From NCBI GenBank assembly GCA_036009605.1, contig DASYLL010000012.1:4810-68809 (forward strand): 64,000 bases of DNA, in the 5' to 3' direction. The translations under genes and the position numbers were made by a program. How positions within the stretch are numbered: position 1 is the stretch's first letter; each line of letters begins with the position of its first letter. Below are positions 1 to 9,773 of this stretch, piece by piece. Under the pieces are notes generated by a model that searched no databases, was not told the DNA's origin, and saw nothing but the letters and a program-made list of their open reading frames with translations. Source of the stretch: Thermoanaerobaculia bacterium (GTDB lineage: Bacteria; Acidobacteriota; Thermoanaerobaculia; Gp7-AA8).

Positions 1-1
1 C

Positions 2-1477
2 ATGGACATCACTTCGCGCAAAGCGGCCGAGGCGCGGGTGCTCCTGCAGAGCGCGGCCCTGAACGCCGCGGCCAATGCCATCGTGATCCTGGACCGCGAC
101 TTCCGCATCGTCTGGATCAACGCCAGCTACACGCTCCTGTCCGGATTCAGCGAAGAAGAAGCGATCGGCCGCCAGCCGCGCGATCTGTTCGAACCCTCAA
201 TGCGCGATACGAAGTACTTCGATGATCTCGAGGCCACGCTTCATTCGGGAGAGGTCTGGAGCGGCGAGACGATCAAGAGTCGCAAGGATGGATCGCTCTA
301 TCCCGAAGCGCAGACCATCACGCCGCTGCGCGACGAGCAGGGCGAGATCACTCACTTCATCTCCATCAAGTCGGATCTCACGGAACGGAAAAGGATCGAA
401 GCGCAGCTTCGGCAGGCTCACAAGATGGAGGCCGTGGGACAGCTCGCGGCCGGAGTCGCCCATGAGTTCAACAATCTGCTCCAGGGGCTCATGTCGATGG
501 CCACGCTCACTCGGTTGCGCGCTGCCACTCCGGAGGCCGCCAGCATCGGGGCGGACATGGAGGCTCAGATTCGGCGTGGAGCCGGGCTCACGCAACAACT
601 CCTGCTCTTTTCGCGCAGCCAGGAGATCGACAAGGTGGACCTCGATCTCGAGGACCAGATTCAGAAGGCCGGCATGCTGGTCAGCCGCCTCATTCCGGAG
701 AACATCGTCGTGCTCGTGGAGACCACGGGGCGGCGGATCTCCACCAGGGGAGACGAAGGACAGATCCAGCAGGTGCTGCTGAACCTGGCCATCAATGCCA
801 GAGACGCCATGCCCGCCGGCGGAACGTTGACGCTGCGCGCGGGCTCGCTCGGCGACGAGGTCTTCCTCGAAGTCGTCGATACCGGCGAAGGCATCGACGA
901 GCGGACACGAGCCCACCTGTTCGAACCGTTCTTCACCACGAAGGAGACAGGCAGAGGTACAGGCCTCGGGCTGGCAGTCGTGCAGGGCATCGTCACGAAC
1001 CACGAAGGACGAATCGAAGTGAACAGCCGTCCGGGCGAAGGATGCCGCTTCCGCGTCATCCTTCAGGCGACGCCGTTCGCCATCGCCAGTCCTCCCCCGC
1101 TCCCCGTTCAGGCGGAGCCCTCTTCAGGCACAGGCCATGTGCTTCTGGTCGAGGACGAAGAGACTGTCCGCGAGGGAATCACCGAACTGCTGAAGGTGAT
1201 GGGGTATGAAGTCACCGCCGTCGGCAGCGGCGAAGAAGCCCTGGCCGTTTCGTTCGAGCCCGCTCCCGATTTCCTGCTCTGCGACATCACGTTGCCGGGA
1301 ATGGGCGGAGCGGATCTCGGCAACCTCCTCGGCGCGCGCTGGCCGGGCCTGAAGATCGTGTTGATGTCGGGCTACTTCTCGGACGAGTCCCGCCTCAACG
1401 CAGACGGACGCGGCTGGTACTTTCTGCAGAAGCCGTTCGAGATGGACCACCTCGCCAGCGGTCTCCGGGCAGTCTGA
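2..1477 (+). CDS. Hybrid sensor histidine kinase (PAS - HisKA - HATPase_c - receiver); possibly 5'-truncated by the window edge
   Basis: ORF 2..1477. PAS-like N-terminus (IVILDRDFRIVWINASY), H-box AHEFNNLLQGL, ATPase boxes (LNLAINARDAM, DTGEGI, GTGLGLAVV). C-terminal receiver (HVLLVEDEE...CDITLPGMGG...QKPF). Confidence 0.85.
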   Translation: MDITSRKAAEARVLLQSAALNAAANAIVILDRDFRIVWINASYTLLSGFSEEEAIGRQPRDLFEPSMRDTKYFDDLEATLHSGEVWSGETIKSRKDGSLYPEAQTITPLRDEQGEITHFISIKSDLTERKRIEAQLRQAHKMEAVGQLAAGVAHEFNNLLQGLMSMATLTRLRAATPEAASIGADMEAQIRRGAGLTQQLLLFSRSQEIDKVDLDLEDQIQKAGMLVSRLIPENIVVLVETTGRRISTRGDEGQIQQVLLNLAINARDAMPAGGTLTLRAGSLGDEVFLEVVDTGEGIDERTRAHLFEPFFTTKETGRGTGLGLAVVQGIVTNHEGRIEVNSRPGEGCRFRVILQATPFAIASPPPLPVQAEPSSGTGHVLLVEDEETVREGITELLKVMGYEVTAVGSGEEALAVSFEPAPDFLLCDITLPGMGGADLGNLLGARWPGLKIVLMSGYFSDESRLNADGRGWYFLQKPFEMDHLASGLRAV

Positions 1478-1535
1478 AGCCGCGCTTCACTCCGAGACGA
1501 CCATCTGCCCGCGGCCGCACCCTCGGGACGCAGCG

Positions 1536-1676
1536 TCAAGTTCGCACCGTGTCGTTCGCGTTGACGAAGCCGACATTCGTGCGCGACGTTGCGTCATGCG
1601 CGAGATGCAACAACACACCGCGCTGCAGCGCCGCGACGCCGCACGCGAACACGATCACCAACGCAAAACGTTTCAC
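1536..1676 (-). CDS. Possible small exported peptide/lipoprotein (46 aa), not in ORF track
   Basis: My own translation: V(GTG)KRFALVIVFACGVAALQRGVLLHLAHDATSRTNVGFVNANDTVRT*. The GTG overlaps the stop of the upstream gene (GTGA at 1673-1676). Hydrophobic leader with Cys. Short, so weak. Confidence 0.25.
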   Translation of the reverse strand: MKRFALVIVFACGVAALQRGVLLHLAHDATSRTNVGFVNANDTVRT

Positions 1677-2086
1677 TTCTTCGCGTCCGCTTCGGGAACC
1701 ACCGGCGTCGCGTCCTCGAGCGTGATCGTCACGACCTGCGATTCGCCGAACGTGCGATTGCCGAGGCGCAGAACCCCTTCGACCGTCGGCCGACGCGGGA
1801 TGGGCGGCAGCACGATGTCCTTCTTCCAGATCACGGCGACGGAATCGAACGGCAGGTCGTGCTCTTCGACGCCGTGCGGATCCTCATGCTCGAAACGCGT
1901 GAGAAAGAGGCCGTTCTCGATACGTGGATGATCGACCGCATAGCCGCGCAGCCGCACGCGTTTGCCGTCGAGACTCTTCATCTCGTCTGTGAACGTCAGG
2001 CCTTCCGCACGGATCGATGCATAGAACTTCTCGAAGCTGACGACAGGAGCCAGAAGCAAAGCGATAGCGAGGACGAATGTGCTCAT
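1673..2086 (-). CDS. Exported hypothetical protein (137 aa)
   Basis: ORF 1673..2134, trimmed to the internal ATG at 2086 preceded by GGAGA. Signal-like MSTFVLAIALLLAPVV. Same strand as, and 58 nt downstream of, the phosphatase gene. Confidence 0.55.
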   Translation of the reverse strand: MSTFVLAIALLLAPVVSFEKFYASIRAEGLTFTDEMKSLDGKRVRLRGYAVDHPRIENGLFLTRFEHEDPHGVEEHDLPFDSVAVIWKKDIVLPPIPRRPTVEGVLRLGNRTFGESQVVTITLEDATPVVPEADAKK

Positions 2087-2143
2087 GAGTGTCTCCGGAA
2101 ACGAATGACGGAGACCCTTGCGAGCCTCCGTCATTGCGCGTCA

Positions 2144-4159
2144 TCAGTAGAGCGTCGGCACCGCATACTGCCCGGTGATCGCATTGACGATGTAGAAGAA
2201 CGCCTCGGTATTGTCCGAAACGCGCGAGAACTGCGACGCGCCCGGGCCATACGCGGAGATGGGAATGTCGGACAGCGTGTGCACGGCGGACGTCTGTCCT
2301 TCCGCGCCCTTCTCGCCGTTCTCGATCACGCCGGCGATCATGATGCCGGTGGTCTTGTCGGGATCACCCGGGTTCGCAACCGCGATGTTGCCGACCTTCG
2401 AGCTCGGAGCCTTCGGCTGCCAGTTCGCTTTCCAGTCTTCGAAGCGGTCGCTGTTCGCGCCGAAGTTGATGATGAGCTTGCGGTCCGGATCCGGGTTGTC
2501 GGGGTATCCATCGTTGTTCGCGTCGACGTAGTTCGTGAAGTTCAACGTGGCCGGATCGTTGCGCGGCGCGCTGTAGTTGTACGTCTTCACGTAATCGCGC
2601 GCCGACTCCTTGTACAGCGGATTGCCGACGCCGGGCAGCGTCACGCCCGCGCACTCGTGATCGGCGCTGACGATGATCAGCGTGTCGTTGTTCGGGTCGC
2701 TGTCGGTGTTGGTCAGCAGCGCGAAATCGAGCGCGACCTGCACGGCATGATCGAGCTGGATGACGTCATAGATCGAGCGCTCCGCGTCCATCGCGTGCGC
2801 CTGCTTGTCGATGTGCGCGCCTTCGACCATGAGAAAGAAACCGTTCGGATACTGCTTCAGCACGTCGATCGCTTTCTTCGTCATCTCGGCGAGGAACGGC
2901 TGATCGGGAAACGCGGACGTGATGGCCGGATCGCCGAGTCCGAGCTTGTCGAAAGCGACGTTCATGTTGTCGAGATTGAAGAGGCCGAGGAGCTTCCTGT
3001 TGGGAGCTGCGCCGTAAGCGTTGAGCTGCGTGCGCGTTTCGAGGAAGTCGAAGCCGGCGGACTTGAAGTCGTTGACGACGTTGCGCTCGTCGGTGCGGCG
3101 CGAGCCGGTCTGGCTCTTCGGGATGAAGTGATACGCGCCGCCGCCCAGCAACACTTTCAGGCCGGTCTTGTCGGCTTCGTCGATGAACTGCGAGGCGATC
3201 ATCGTGCCGTTGCCGCGGTTCTGCGTGTGCGCGATCATCGCGGCCGGCGTGGCGTCGGTGATGAACGCGTCGGACACGACACCCGTGACCATGCCGAGCG
3301 AGCGATGCGCCCATTCCGGCAGGTTTTCGATGCGCGGGTTGTCGTCTTCGGCGGCCGTGTTGTCGGGGAAGACGCCTTCCATGCCGTTGTTCGTCTTGTT
3401 GCCGGTCGAGTAGTTGTGCGCGCCGGGCGCGGAGTCGGTGATGAGCGAGTCCATCGACGACGTCATGAGCAGGCCGTTGAACGGCAGGCGATCCATCGCC
3501 ATCGTGCCGTTGGCCTTGCCCTGCGTGTAGCCCTTGGAGAGAACGCGTCCCGCGGTGCGATGCGCGACGCCCATGCCGTCGCCGATGAGCAGGATCACGT
3601 TCTTCGCGCGCCGCTGCACCGGATCGACGGCATCGATACGAACGCGATGAAACGCCGGAACCGTGCCGCCGAGATGCAACTGCGCATCGTTGCTCTCCCC
3701 TTCGACGGAGAAACGCGGCTGCTGCGCCATCAGCTCTTCGACAGGGTTCACCTGCTTCGCGAGACCGATCGCCTCTGCATTCTGCCAGGTGCGCACGTTG
3801 ATGTTCGAGACCGCCGAAGCGACCGACGATGAGGAGCCCTGCAGCGCCACGTTCGCGCCAATGTTGCGGGCGCCGGGGATGCCGAGGTACATCGAGCGGA
3901 ACGTCCAGCTCTTTGCGTTGCCGGAGCCGGTGACGGTTGCGAGCGAGGTGATGTCGCGGCCATCGAGCGTCACGCGCAGATCGCCGAGCGCGGTGCCTTC
4001 CGGCGCCGTCGCTTCGATGCGAACGTCGAACTTCTGGAACTGGAGAAACTGCGCCTGATTCGGCGGCATGATCCGCACGCGAACCGCGGACTGCGCTGTG
4101 AGTGTGACGGGACTGAAGAGAGCGAAAGCGAACAGCAGCAACGGGATCTTTTTCGTCAT
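2144..4159 (-). CDS. Alkaline phosphatase family protein with signal peptide and extra N-terminal domain
   Basis: ORF 2144..4213, trimmed to MTKKIPLLLFAFALF (ATG at 4159). PhoA-type motifs LLIGDGMGVAHRTA, DSAPGAHNYSTGNKT, MVEGAHIDKQAHA, VSADHECAG. Confidence 0.85.
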   Translation of the reverse strand: MTKKIPLLLFAFALFSPVTLTAQSAVRVRIMPPNQAQFLQFQKFDVRIEATAPEGTALGDLRVTLDGRDITSLATVTGSGNAKSWTFRSMYLGIPGARNIGANVALQGSSSSVASAVSNINVRTWQNAEAIGLAKQVNPVEELMAQQPRFSVEGESNDAQLHLGGTVPAFHRVRIDAVDPVQRRAKNVILLIGDGMGVAHRTAGRVLSKGYTQGKANGTMAMDRLPFNGLLMTSSMDSLITDSAPGAHNYSTGNKTNNGMEGVFPDNTAAEDDNPRIENLPEWAHRSLGMVTGVVSDAFITDATPAAMIAHTQNRGNGTMIASQFIDEADKTGLKVLLGGGAYHFIPKSQTGSRRTDERNVVNDFKSAGFDFLETRTQLNAYGAAPNRKLLGLFNLDNMNVAFDKLGLGDPAITSAFPDQPFLAEMTKKAIDVLKQYPNGFFLMVEGAHIDKQAHAMDAERSIYDVIQLDHAVQVALDFALLTNTDSDPNNDTLIIVSADHECAGVTLPGVGNPLYKESARDYVKTYNYSAPRNDPATLNFTNYVDANNDGYPDNPDPDRKLIINFGANSDRFEDWKANWQPKAPSSKVGNIAVANPGDPDKTTGIMIAGVIENGEKGAEGQTSAVHTLSDIPISAYGPGASQFSRVSDNTEAFFYIVNAITGQYAVPTLY

Positions 4160-4387
4160 CGTGTACCTGCCTTTTTTGCGTGTCGTGTCGAGACGACGCA
4201 CGATGCATCGCACGATGGAAGGGGCAGTTCACGGCGAGGTGAAATCGAAGCCAAGGTGAGACGTCGAATGTGCGGACGCAGCAGCGCTGCGGATGGGGCG
4301 TGATTCCCGTGTAAAGAAGGGTTCCGTTCCTTCTCGCGGCCGCTGGTCCTCCCCTGCCTGCGCCCGCCGCGGGTCTACACTGTCGCG

Positions 4388-7300
4388 GTGAAGCGCGCGC
4401 TGTTCCATTGCGCCCTGTTGATCATCGCGCGTACGTCGCTCGCGCTCGACCCTTCCCACAACATTTCGCAGTACGGCCACACCGCCTGGCGGGTTCGTGA
4501 TGGTCATTTTCCCGCCGCCGTCACTTCGATCGCGCAGACGGGCGACGGCTATCTGTGGGTCGGAACCGATGGCGGCTTGTTGCGTTACGACGGAGTTCGG
4601 TTCGAGCTGTGGGTTCCCCCCGGAGCGATGGAGTCTCCGAGTCGCGTCGTCGCGCTCCTCGGCGCGAGCGATGGCAGTCTCTGGATCGGCACGAACAGTG
4701 GCCTGGCGCAATGGAATCGAGGCCGCTACACCGTGCATGCAACGGCCGGCCGCTTCGGGTCGCTTCTCGAGGACCGCAGTGGAACCGTCTGGGCCGGGCG
4801 TACGCGTGGACGCGGGTTGCCTCCGCTCTGCCGTGTCGAGCAAGGCCAGTTGCGATGCTTCGCGGCACCCGGAAACCCGTCACTGGGATTCATCAGCGCG
4901 CTTCATGAAGATCGCGATGGAGAACTGTGGATGGGCGGCGCCGGAGGAATCTGCCGGTGGCGTAGAGGGAATCCGGAATGCTTCCCGATCCCCGAGCTCC
5001 TCACACGCATGAACAAGACCGGAGTGTTCCGCATCGGCCACGACGCGGAAGGCGTGCTCTGGGTCGACTCGGCCAACTTCGGCGCACAGCGACTCCTCGG
5101 AGGAAAGTGGTCGAAGGGTGAGATCGCGCCGGTCTTCGCGCTGACACTCGATCGGGCCGGCAGTTTCTGGATCGGGACGCAGGAAGAGGGACTCATCCGC
5201 CGTATCAGCGCCCGCGTCGAACGATTCACGGAAGCGGACGGCCTGTCCGGGGATTCCGTTGTCAACGTGCTCGAAGATCGCGAAGGAAACGTCTGGGTCG
5301 CCACTACGAGCGGTCTCGACCGATTCCGCGATGTGAAGGTCGCCACCGTGACGACGCGGGAAGGCCTGCCGTTTCGGCATGTTGGCGCGGTGACGAGCTC
5401 GTCGAAGGGCGGAGTGTGGCTGGCGAACCATCGGACGTTGGTTCGCATGATGGACGCCCGCTCGTTACCCGCGGTCGTACGGCCGCCCGGCGCGGAGACG
5501 GCCAGTCTGTTCGAAGACTCGCGAGGCCGGCTCTGGGTGGGTGTCGACGAAGGCCTCGCGTCGTTCGTGGATGGTCGCTTCTCGATCATCACTCTTCCGG
5601 ATGGCTCGAGAACCGGAGTGGTTCTCTCGATGGCGGAAGATCGCGATAGCGATCTGTGGCTCACGACCACGCACGCGACGTATCTGTTGCTGCGCATCCG
5701 CGACGGCCGGGTGATCGAGACCGTTCCTCGCGATGCGATCGGAGTTCCCTCCGTGCTGCTCGCAGCGCATGCGGAGAGCGGTGTCTGGCTCGGCGCGCGC
5801 GACGGACGGTTGCTTCTGTACCGATCCGGTCGAGTCGTGTCACGCCTGAGAAGTCCCGGCGATGTCGAGCTCCGCGACCTCTTCGTCAACGGCCGCGGAA
5901 CGTGGGCGGTTACCAACCGCGGGCTGCTGCTCTACCGTGAAGATCACGTACACGCTTTCGGCATACGCAGCGGGCTCGCCTGTCAGGACCTCGACGCGGC
6001 TGTGGAAGCTGGTGACGGCGCGATCTGGCTCAAAGGCTCGTGCGGTCTCATGAGGGTTGGCCCGCGCGAGCTGGACACATGGGCCGCGGATCCCACGCGA
6101 CGCGTGGCGGTACGCACCCTCGACGCCTTCGATGGCGTGCAGGCCGGAGTGACTCCGTTCGCACCCCGTGCTGCGAGGTCGAATGACGGCCTCCTCTGGT
6201 TCGCGATCGATGCCGGAGGTCTGCAGGTTCTCGATCCATCACGACTCGACCGACGCTCCGATCCGCCGCCGGTGCAGATCCTGCGCGTCGTTGCGGATCG
6301 CAAAAGCTATGACATTCAGCGCGAGCTGCGGCTCCCGGCGCTCACGCGCGATCTCGAGATTCACTACACGGCGTTGAGTCTCTCGATCCCGGAGAAAGTG
6401 CGCTTTCGCTGTCGGCTGGAAGGAGCGCATTCGGACTGGCGCGACGTCGGCACGCGGCGTGAGGCGTATTACGGCGACCTCGGACACGGAACGTACAGTT
6501 TCCGCGTCATCGCCTCCAATCACGGTGGAGCATGGAACGAGACGGGCGCCTCGATGGTAATTGTCATCCCTCCGGCGTTTCATCAGACCCGAACGTTTCT
6601 TCTGATTTGCATCGTCTCGGCCCTGACCCTGGTGATCCTGCTCCTGCGCTGGCGGATCCTCGTCATGCGCCGGCGCATGCAGCACGATTTTGAGGAAAGG
6701 CTCGACGAGCGGACGAAGATCGCGCGCGAGCTTCACGACCGCCTTCTTCAGGGTCTGGTCAGTACGTCGCTGCAACTCCACGTCGCACTGGAGGAATTGC
6801 CCCCGAAAGTCGAAGGGCGCGGACGCCTCGAACGGGTTCAGGACCTGATGGGTCGTGTCGTGGACGAAGGACGGCGCGTGCTCGAAGGTCTGCGCTCGGA
6901 GATCGCCGAGGATGATCTGGCGAACGCACTGTCGCATGTGAGCGCGGAGATCGGCCTGTCGCAGTCGCAGGTGCCGATCGTCGTCACAGGCGCGGTCAGG
7001 CCGCTGCGGCTGGACATTCGCGACGAGATCTATCAGGTGGCGCGCGAGGCACTCGTGAATGCCTTCCAGCACGCGCAGGCGGAGCGCATCGACGTGCGGC
7101 TCAACTACGGGTCGCGGGCCCTCAGGGTCGATGTTCGCGACGACGGCATCGGCATCGACGATGAAGTGCTGCGATCGGGACGCGAAGGCCATTGGGGTCT
7201 CTCAGGGATGCGCGAGCGCGCCGCGCAGATTGGCGCGAAACTGACGATTCGGACAACGAGAGCGAACGGCACGGAGGTCGAGATCGTGGTGCCGGCGCCG

Positions 7301-7399
7301 ATCGCCTACGAGGATCATCGCGGCTCGGTCCGGACGCGATTTCTGCTCCGGCGTGTCCCGCGTGAAATCGCGAATCGGTCGAGACTCACAGATGGATGA
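4388..7399 (+). CDS. Sensor histidine kinase with large N-terminal beta-propeller/Y_Y_Y-type sensor, one TM, HisKA_3 and HATPase_c
   Basis: GTG start. Repeated G.LWVGT/GLxRF propeller motifs, Y_Y_Y-like segment (YSFRVIASNHGGAWNE), TM FLLICIVSALTLVILLL. H-box IARELHDRLLQG, ATPase DDGIGI...HWGLSGMRERA. Confidence 0.85.
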   Translation: MKRALFHCALLIIARTSLALDPSHNISQYGHTAWRVRDGHFPAAVTSIAQTGDGYLWVGTDGGLLRYDGVRFELWVPPGAMESPSRVVALLGASDGSLWIGTNSGLAQWNRGRYTVHATAGRFGSLLEDRSGTVWAGRTRGRGLPPLCRVEQGQLRCFAAPGNPSLGFISALHEDRDGELWMGGAGGICRWRRGNPECFPIPELLTRMNKTGVFRIGHDAEGVLWVDSANFGAQRLLGGKWSKGEIAPVFALTLDRAGSFWIGTQEEGLIRRISARVERFTEADGLSGDSVVNVLEDREGNVWVATTSGLDRFRDVKVATVTTREGLPFRHVGAVTSSSKGGVWLANHRTLVRMMDARSLPAVVRPPGAETASLFEDSRGRLWVGVDEGLASFVDGRFSIITLPDGSRTGVVLSMAEDRDSDLWLTTTHATYLLLRIRDGRVIETVPRDAIGVPSVLLAAHAESGVWLGARDGRLLLYRSGRVVSRLRSPGDVELRDLFVNGRGTWAVTNRGLLLYREDHVHAFGIRSGLACQDLDAAVEAGDGAIWLKGSCGLMRVGPRELDTWAADPTRRVAVRTLDAFDGVQAGVTPFAPRAARSNDGLLWFAIDAGGLQVLDPSRLDRRSDPPPVQILRVVADRKSYDIQRELRLPALTRDLEIHYTALSLSIPEKVRFRCRLEGAHSDWRDVGTRREAYYGDLGHGTYSFRVIASNHGGAWNETGASMVIVIPPAFHQTRTFLLICIVSALTLVILLLRWRILVMRRRMQHDFEERLDERTKIARELHDRLLQGLVSTSLQLHVALEELPPKVEGRGRLERVQDLMGRVVDEGRRVLEGLRSEIAEDDLANALSHVSAEIGLSQSQVPIVVTGAVRPLRLDIRDEIYQVAREALVNAFQHAQAERIDVRLNYGSRALRVDVRDDGIGIDDEVLRSGREGHWGLSGMRERAAQIGAKLTIRTTRANGTEVEIVVPAPIAYEDHRGSVRTRFLLRRVPREIANRSRLTDG

Positions 7400-8009
7400 T
7401 GCCGCGACGCAGGCCGATGGCGACCGCTTCGGTGCGGTCCCTCGCACCAAGCTTCTCCATCACGTGCCGGACGTGAATCTTCACGGTCATCTCGGTAATG
7501 CCGAGGGTCGCGGCGATCTCGCGATTCCGGTTGCCGCTCGCCATGGAAGACAGGACCTCGAGCTCGCGGGCCGTCAGCGCCGCCGCGGCCAGATTTTCGG
7601 CGAGATGGGTGGCCACATCGGCAGGGATCCGCGTCAGGCCGCGATGAACGTTGCGGATTGCATCGAGCAACTCGCGCGGAGGCGTGCTCTTGAGCATGTA
7701 GCCACGCGCTCCCGCGCGTAACGCGCGCTGAATCTCGACGTCTCCCTGGGATGTCGTGAACATGATCACGCGAGCACCCGAATCCTCCTTGCGAATGGCG
7801 ATGAGCGCGTCGATGCCACTGATGTCGGGCAGGCGGATGTCCAGCAGAGTGACGTCGGGCCGGTGTTCGCGAAACTGCTGGATTCCTTCGAGCCCGCTCG
7901 ATGCTTCCGCCACCAGGACCAGGTCTGCCTCTTTGGCGATCAGCGCGGCGATGCCCTCGCGCATCAGCGGATGATCGTCGACGCACAGAATGCGGATGCG
8001 GTCTGGCAT
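7386..8009 (-). CDS. NarL/FixJ-family response regulator (receiver + LuxR-type HTH)
   Basis: ORF 7386..8042, trimmed to MPDRIRILCVDDH (ATG at 8009). DVTLLDIRLPD receiver. C-terminal LTARELEVLSSMASGNRNREIAATLGITEMTVKIHV. Convergent with the kinase; 3' ends overlap by 14 nt. Confidence 0.9.
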   Translation of the reverse strand: MPDRIRILCVDDHPLMREGIAALIAKEADLVLVAEASSGLEGIQQFREHRPDVTLLDIRLPDISGIDALIAIRKEDSGARVIMFTTSQGDVEIQRALRAGARGYMLKSTPPRELLDAIRNVHRGLTRIPADVATHLAENLAAAALTARELEVLSSMASGNRNREIAATLGITEMTVKIHVRHVMEKLGARDRTEAVAIGLRRGIIHL

Positions 8010-8081
8010 GCGTGCACACTTTAATGCCGAGACGCCGCTCACTCAGATTCGAGCGGCGTCTCGTGAGAGTGCGAGGTGTGC

Positions 8082-8801
8082 TTACTTCCGCGCCGTGACC
8101 GTTTCTTCCCTGGCGGCCTTCTCGATCAGCGCCGCAACGGGTTTGGGCTGGGAGACGTACACGGCGTGGCTTCCGGCGACTTCTGTGACGGTCGAGCCGG
8201 CGCGTTTGGACATGAAGCGTTGCGCGGGCGGCGGAATCATCCGGTCGTCCGTCGCGACGAGATACCAGCTCGGCTTCGTCTTCCACGCCGGCTCCGTGAT
8301 CGCCCCGCTCAGCGCGTTGACTCCCCACGGCACCTGCGAGTCGGCCATGAACCGCGCCGTGTCCGCGTCCACGTCGGCCGCGAAGGAATCGCGGAACTTC
8401 GCCCTGTCCAACTGCAGGAACCCGTCGACCGGCGGCAGAATCGGCGGCACCGGCGCACCGGGCGGCGGATTCTGAATCAGCGTCGAGACCGACTCGCCAG
8501 CGTCCGGAGCAAATGCAGCAATGTAGACGAGCCCCTTCACCTTCGGATGGTTGCCAGCCTCCGTGATCACCACGCCGCCGTAGGAGTGGCCGACGAGAAG
8601 GACCGGGCCCTCCTGCGCGTCGACGATCCGCAGGGTCGCCGCCACGTCGTCAGCGAGGGACACGGTGGAGTTCTGGACCACGTAGACCTTATGACCGCTC
8701 TTTGTGAGGATGTTGTAGACGGGTTGCCATCCCGAGCCGTCCACGAATCCACCGTGAACGAGGACGATGGTCATCATTGCGAGAACCGATAATTGCGTCA
8801 T
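8082..8801 (-). CDS. Alpha/beta-hydrolase fold protein
   Basis: TIVLVHGGFVDGSGW oxyanion region and nucleophile elbow VGHSYGG. The true start may be the MM at 8777/8774. Confidence 0.75.
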   Translation of the reverse strand: MTQLSVLAMMTIVLVHGGFVDGSGWQPVYNILTKSGHKVYVVQNSTVSLADDVAATLRIVDAQEGPVLLVGHSYGGVVITEAGNHPKVKGLVYIAAFAPDAGESVSTLIQNPPPGAPVPPILPPVDGFLQLDRAKFRDSFAADVDADTARFMADSQVPWGVNALSGAITEPAWKTKPSWYLVATDDRMIPPPAQRFMSKRAGSTVTEVAGSHAVYVSQPKPVAALIEKAAREETVTARK

Positions 8802-8945
8802 GTTTCCTGTCCTTTCATGGACTGCAGTCGCAGTCGTTGGCGCAATGTCGGTTCTCGCGAGGCCGACGCCATCATGAAGAAGAGGAGTCTTTTTCTAACA
8901 CCAATCGCAGGCACGTTTCTAGTACGAACGAGCTATGCGGTCCGA

Positions 8946-9305
8946 TCAGTAGTAGAACTCTTCCCGCACGATCTTCCCGCCATCGACCGAATACAGCGCC
9001 ACTTCTTTCATCTTCACGCGCTCCCCGGTCTGCTTCGGCGTGATGTCGAATTCGAAGATCACCGTGAAGCGATCGCCGTTCACCATCGGTCCCTCGGCGC
9101 TCCCGGCATGCACTTCGTGATTCTCGAGCCACCACTGACTCTTGCCGCGGATCGCGGCGATGCCGCGCATCTCCGCCGGCATCGTCTCGTCGCCGCGCGC
9201 TTCCACGCTCACGATGTCATCGCTGTAGAGCGTGTCGATCGCTTCGAGATTCTTTCCGAGCTGGCAGAGCTCCACGAGTTTCGTTCCGACTTCTTTCGTA
9301 TCCAT
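8946..9305 (-). CDS. SnoaL-like / NTF2-fold protein
   Basis: ORF 8946..9380, trimmed to MDTKEV (ATG at 9305) preceded by GGAGG. Size and sequence pattern typical of SnoaL-like small proteins. Confidence 0.65.
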   Translation of the reverse strand: MDTKEVGTKLVELCQLGKNLEAIDTLYSDDIVSVEARGDETMPAEMRGIAAIRGKSQWWLENHEVHAGSAEGPMVNGDRFTVIFEFDITPKQTGERVKMKEVALYSVDGGKIVREEFYY

Positions 9306-9406
9306 TTGTTGCCTCCTGCTGCGGCGCGAACGATACCGCGCCGCCGCGTCACGAAACCGCAAACGCGTGAGCTTCCTCACGCCACCACTCCACGCGCGAA
9401 CCGACT

Positions 9407-9649
9407 ATGCACAGCACCATGAGCTACACCGACTGGCTTCGACGTCAAACCTCGCGACTGGAGGAGGAGATCCGCGCGCACTCGGTCTTCGATGACGAGA
9501 CACCGGCCACGCCTGGCCAGCTGAAGGAACTGCGCGCGAAGGTGGTCATCCACACCTACCTCCGGCAGCAGCTCTTGCGTCGCGACACGGTTGTTGCGGT
9601 GGCCGCGGAGTACGACACGCAGGAGTTCGTTCTGGTGCGAAAAACATAG
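9407..9649 (+). CDS. Hypothetical protein (80 aa)
   Basis: ATG ORF with GC-rich third positions. No recognisable motif. Confidence 0.35.
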   Translation: MHSTMSYTDWLRRQTSRLEEEIRAHSVFDDETPATPGQLKELRAKVVIHTYLRQQLLRRDTVVAVAAEYDTQEFVLVRKT

Positions 9650-9773
9650 CGAACGGTCGTGCGCAAAGCCGCCGAGTCCGTCAAATCCAAGTCACGATAC
9701 GGCCCAAAGCTTGCGAATCCTCGGGGTGCCCTGTCAGACTGTCGGCAACGTATGGGTAGAAAGTGACGGATTG

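Noticed and set aside
1589-3832. 747-aa plus-strand ORF (and other ORFs at 2766..4232, 2211..2531, and so on)
   Set aside because: It is antisense to the alkaline phosphatase gene, which has clear family motifs. The translation is Arg/Ala/Asp/His-rich low-information sequence, typical of shadow ORFs in GC-rich DNA.
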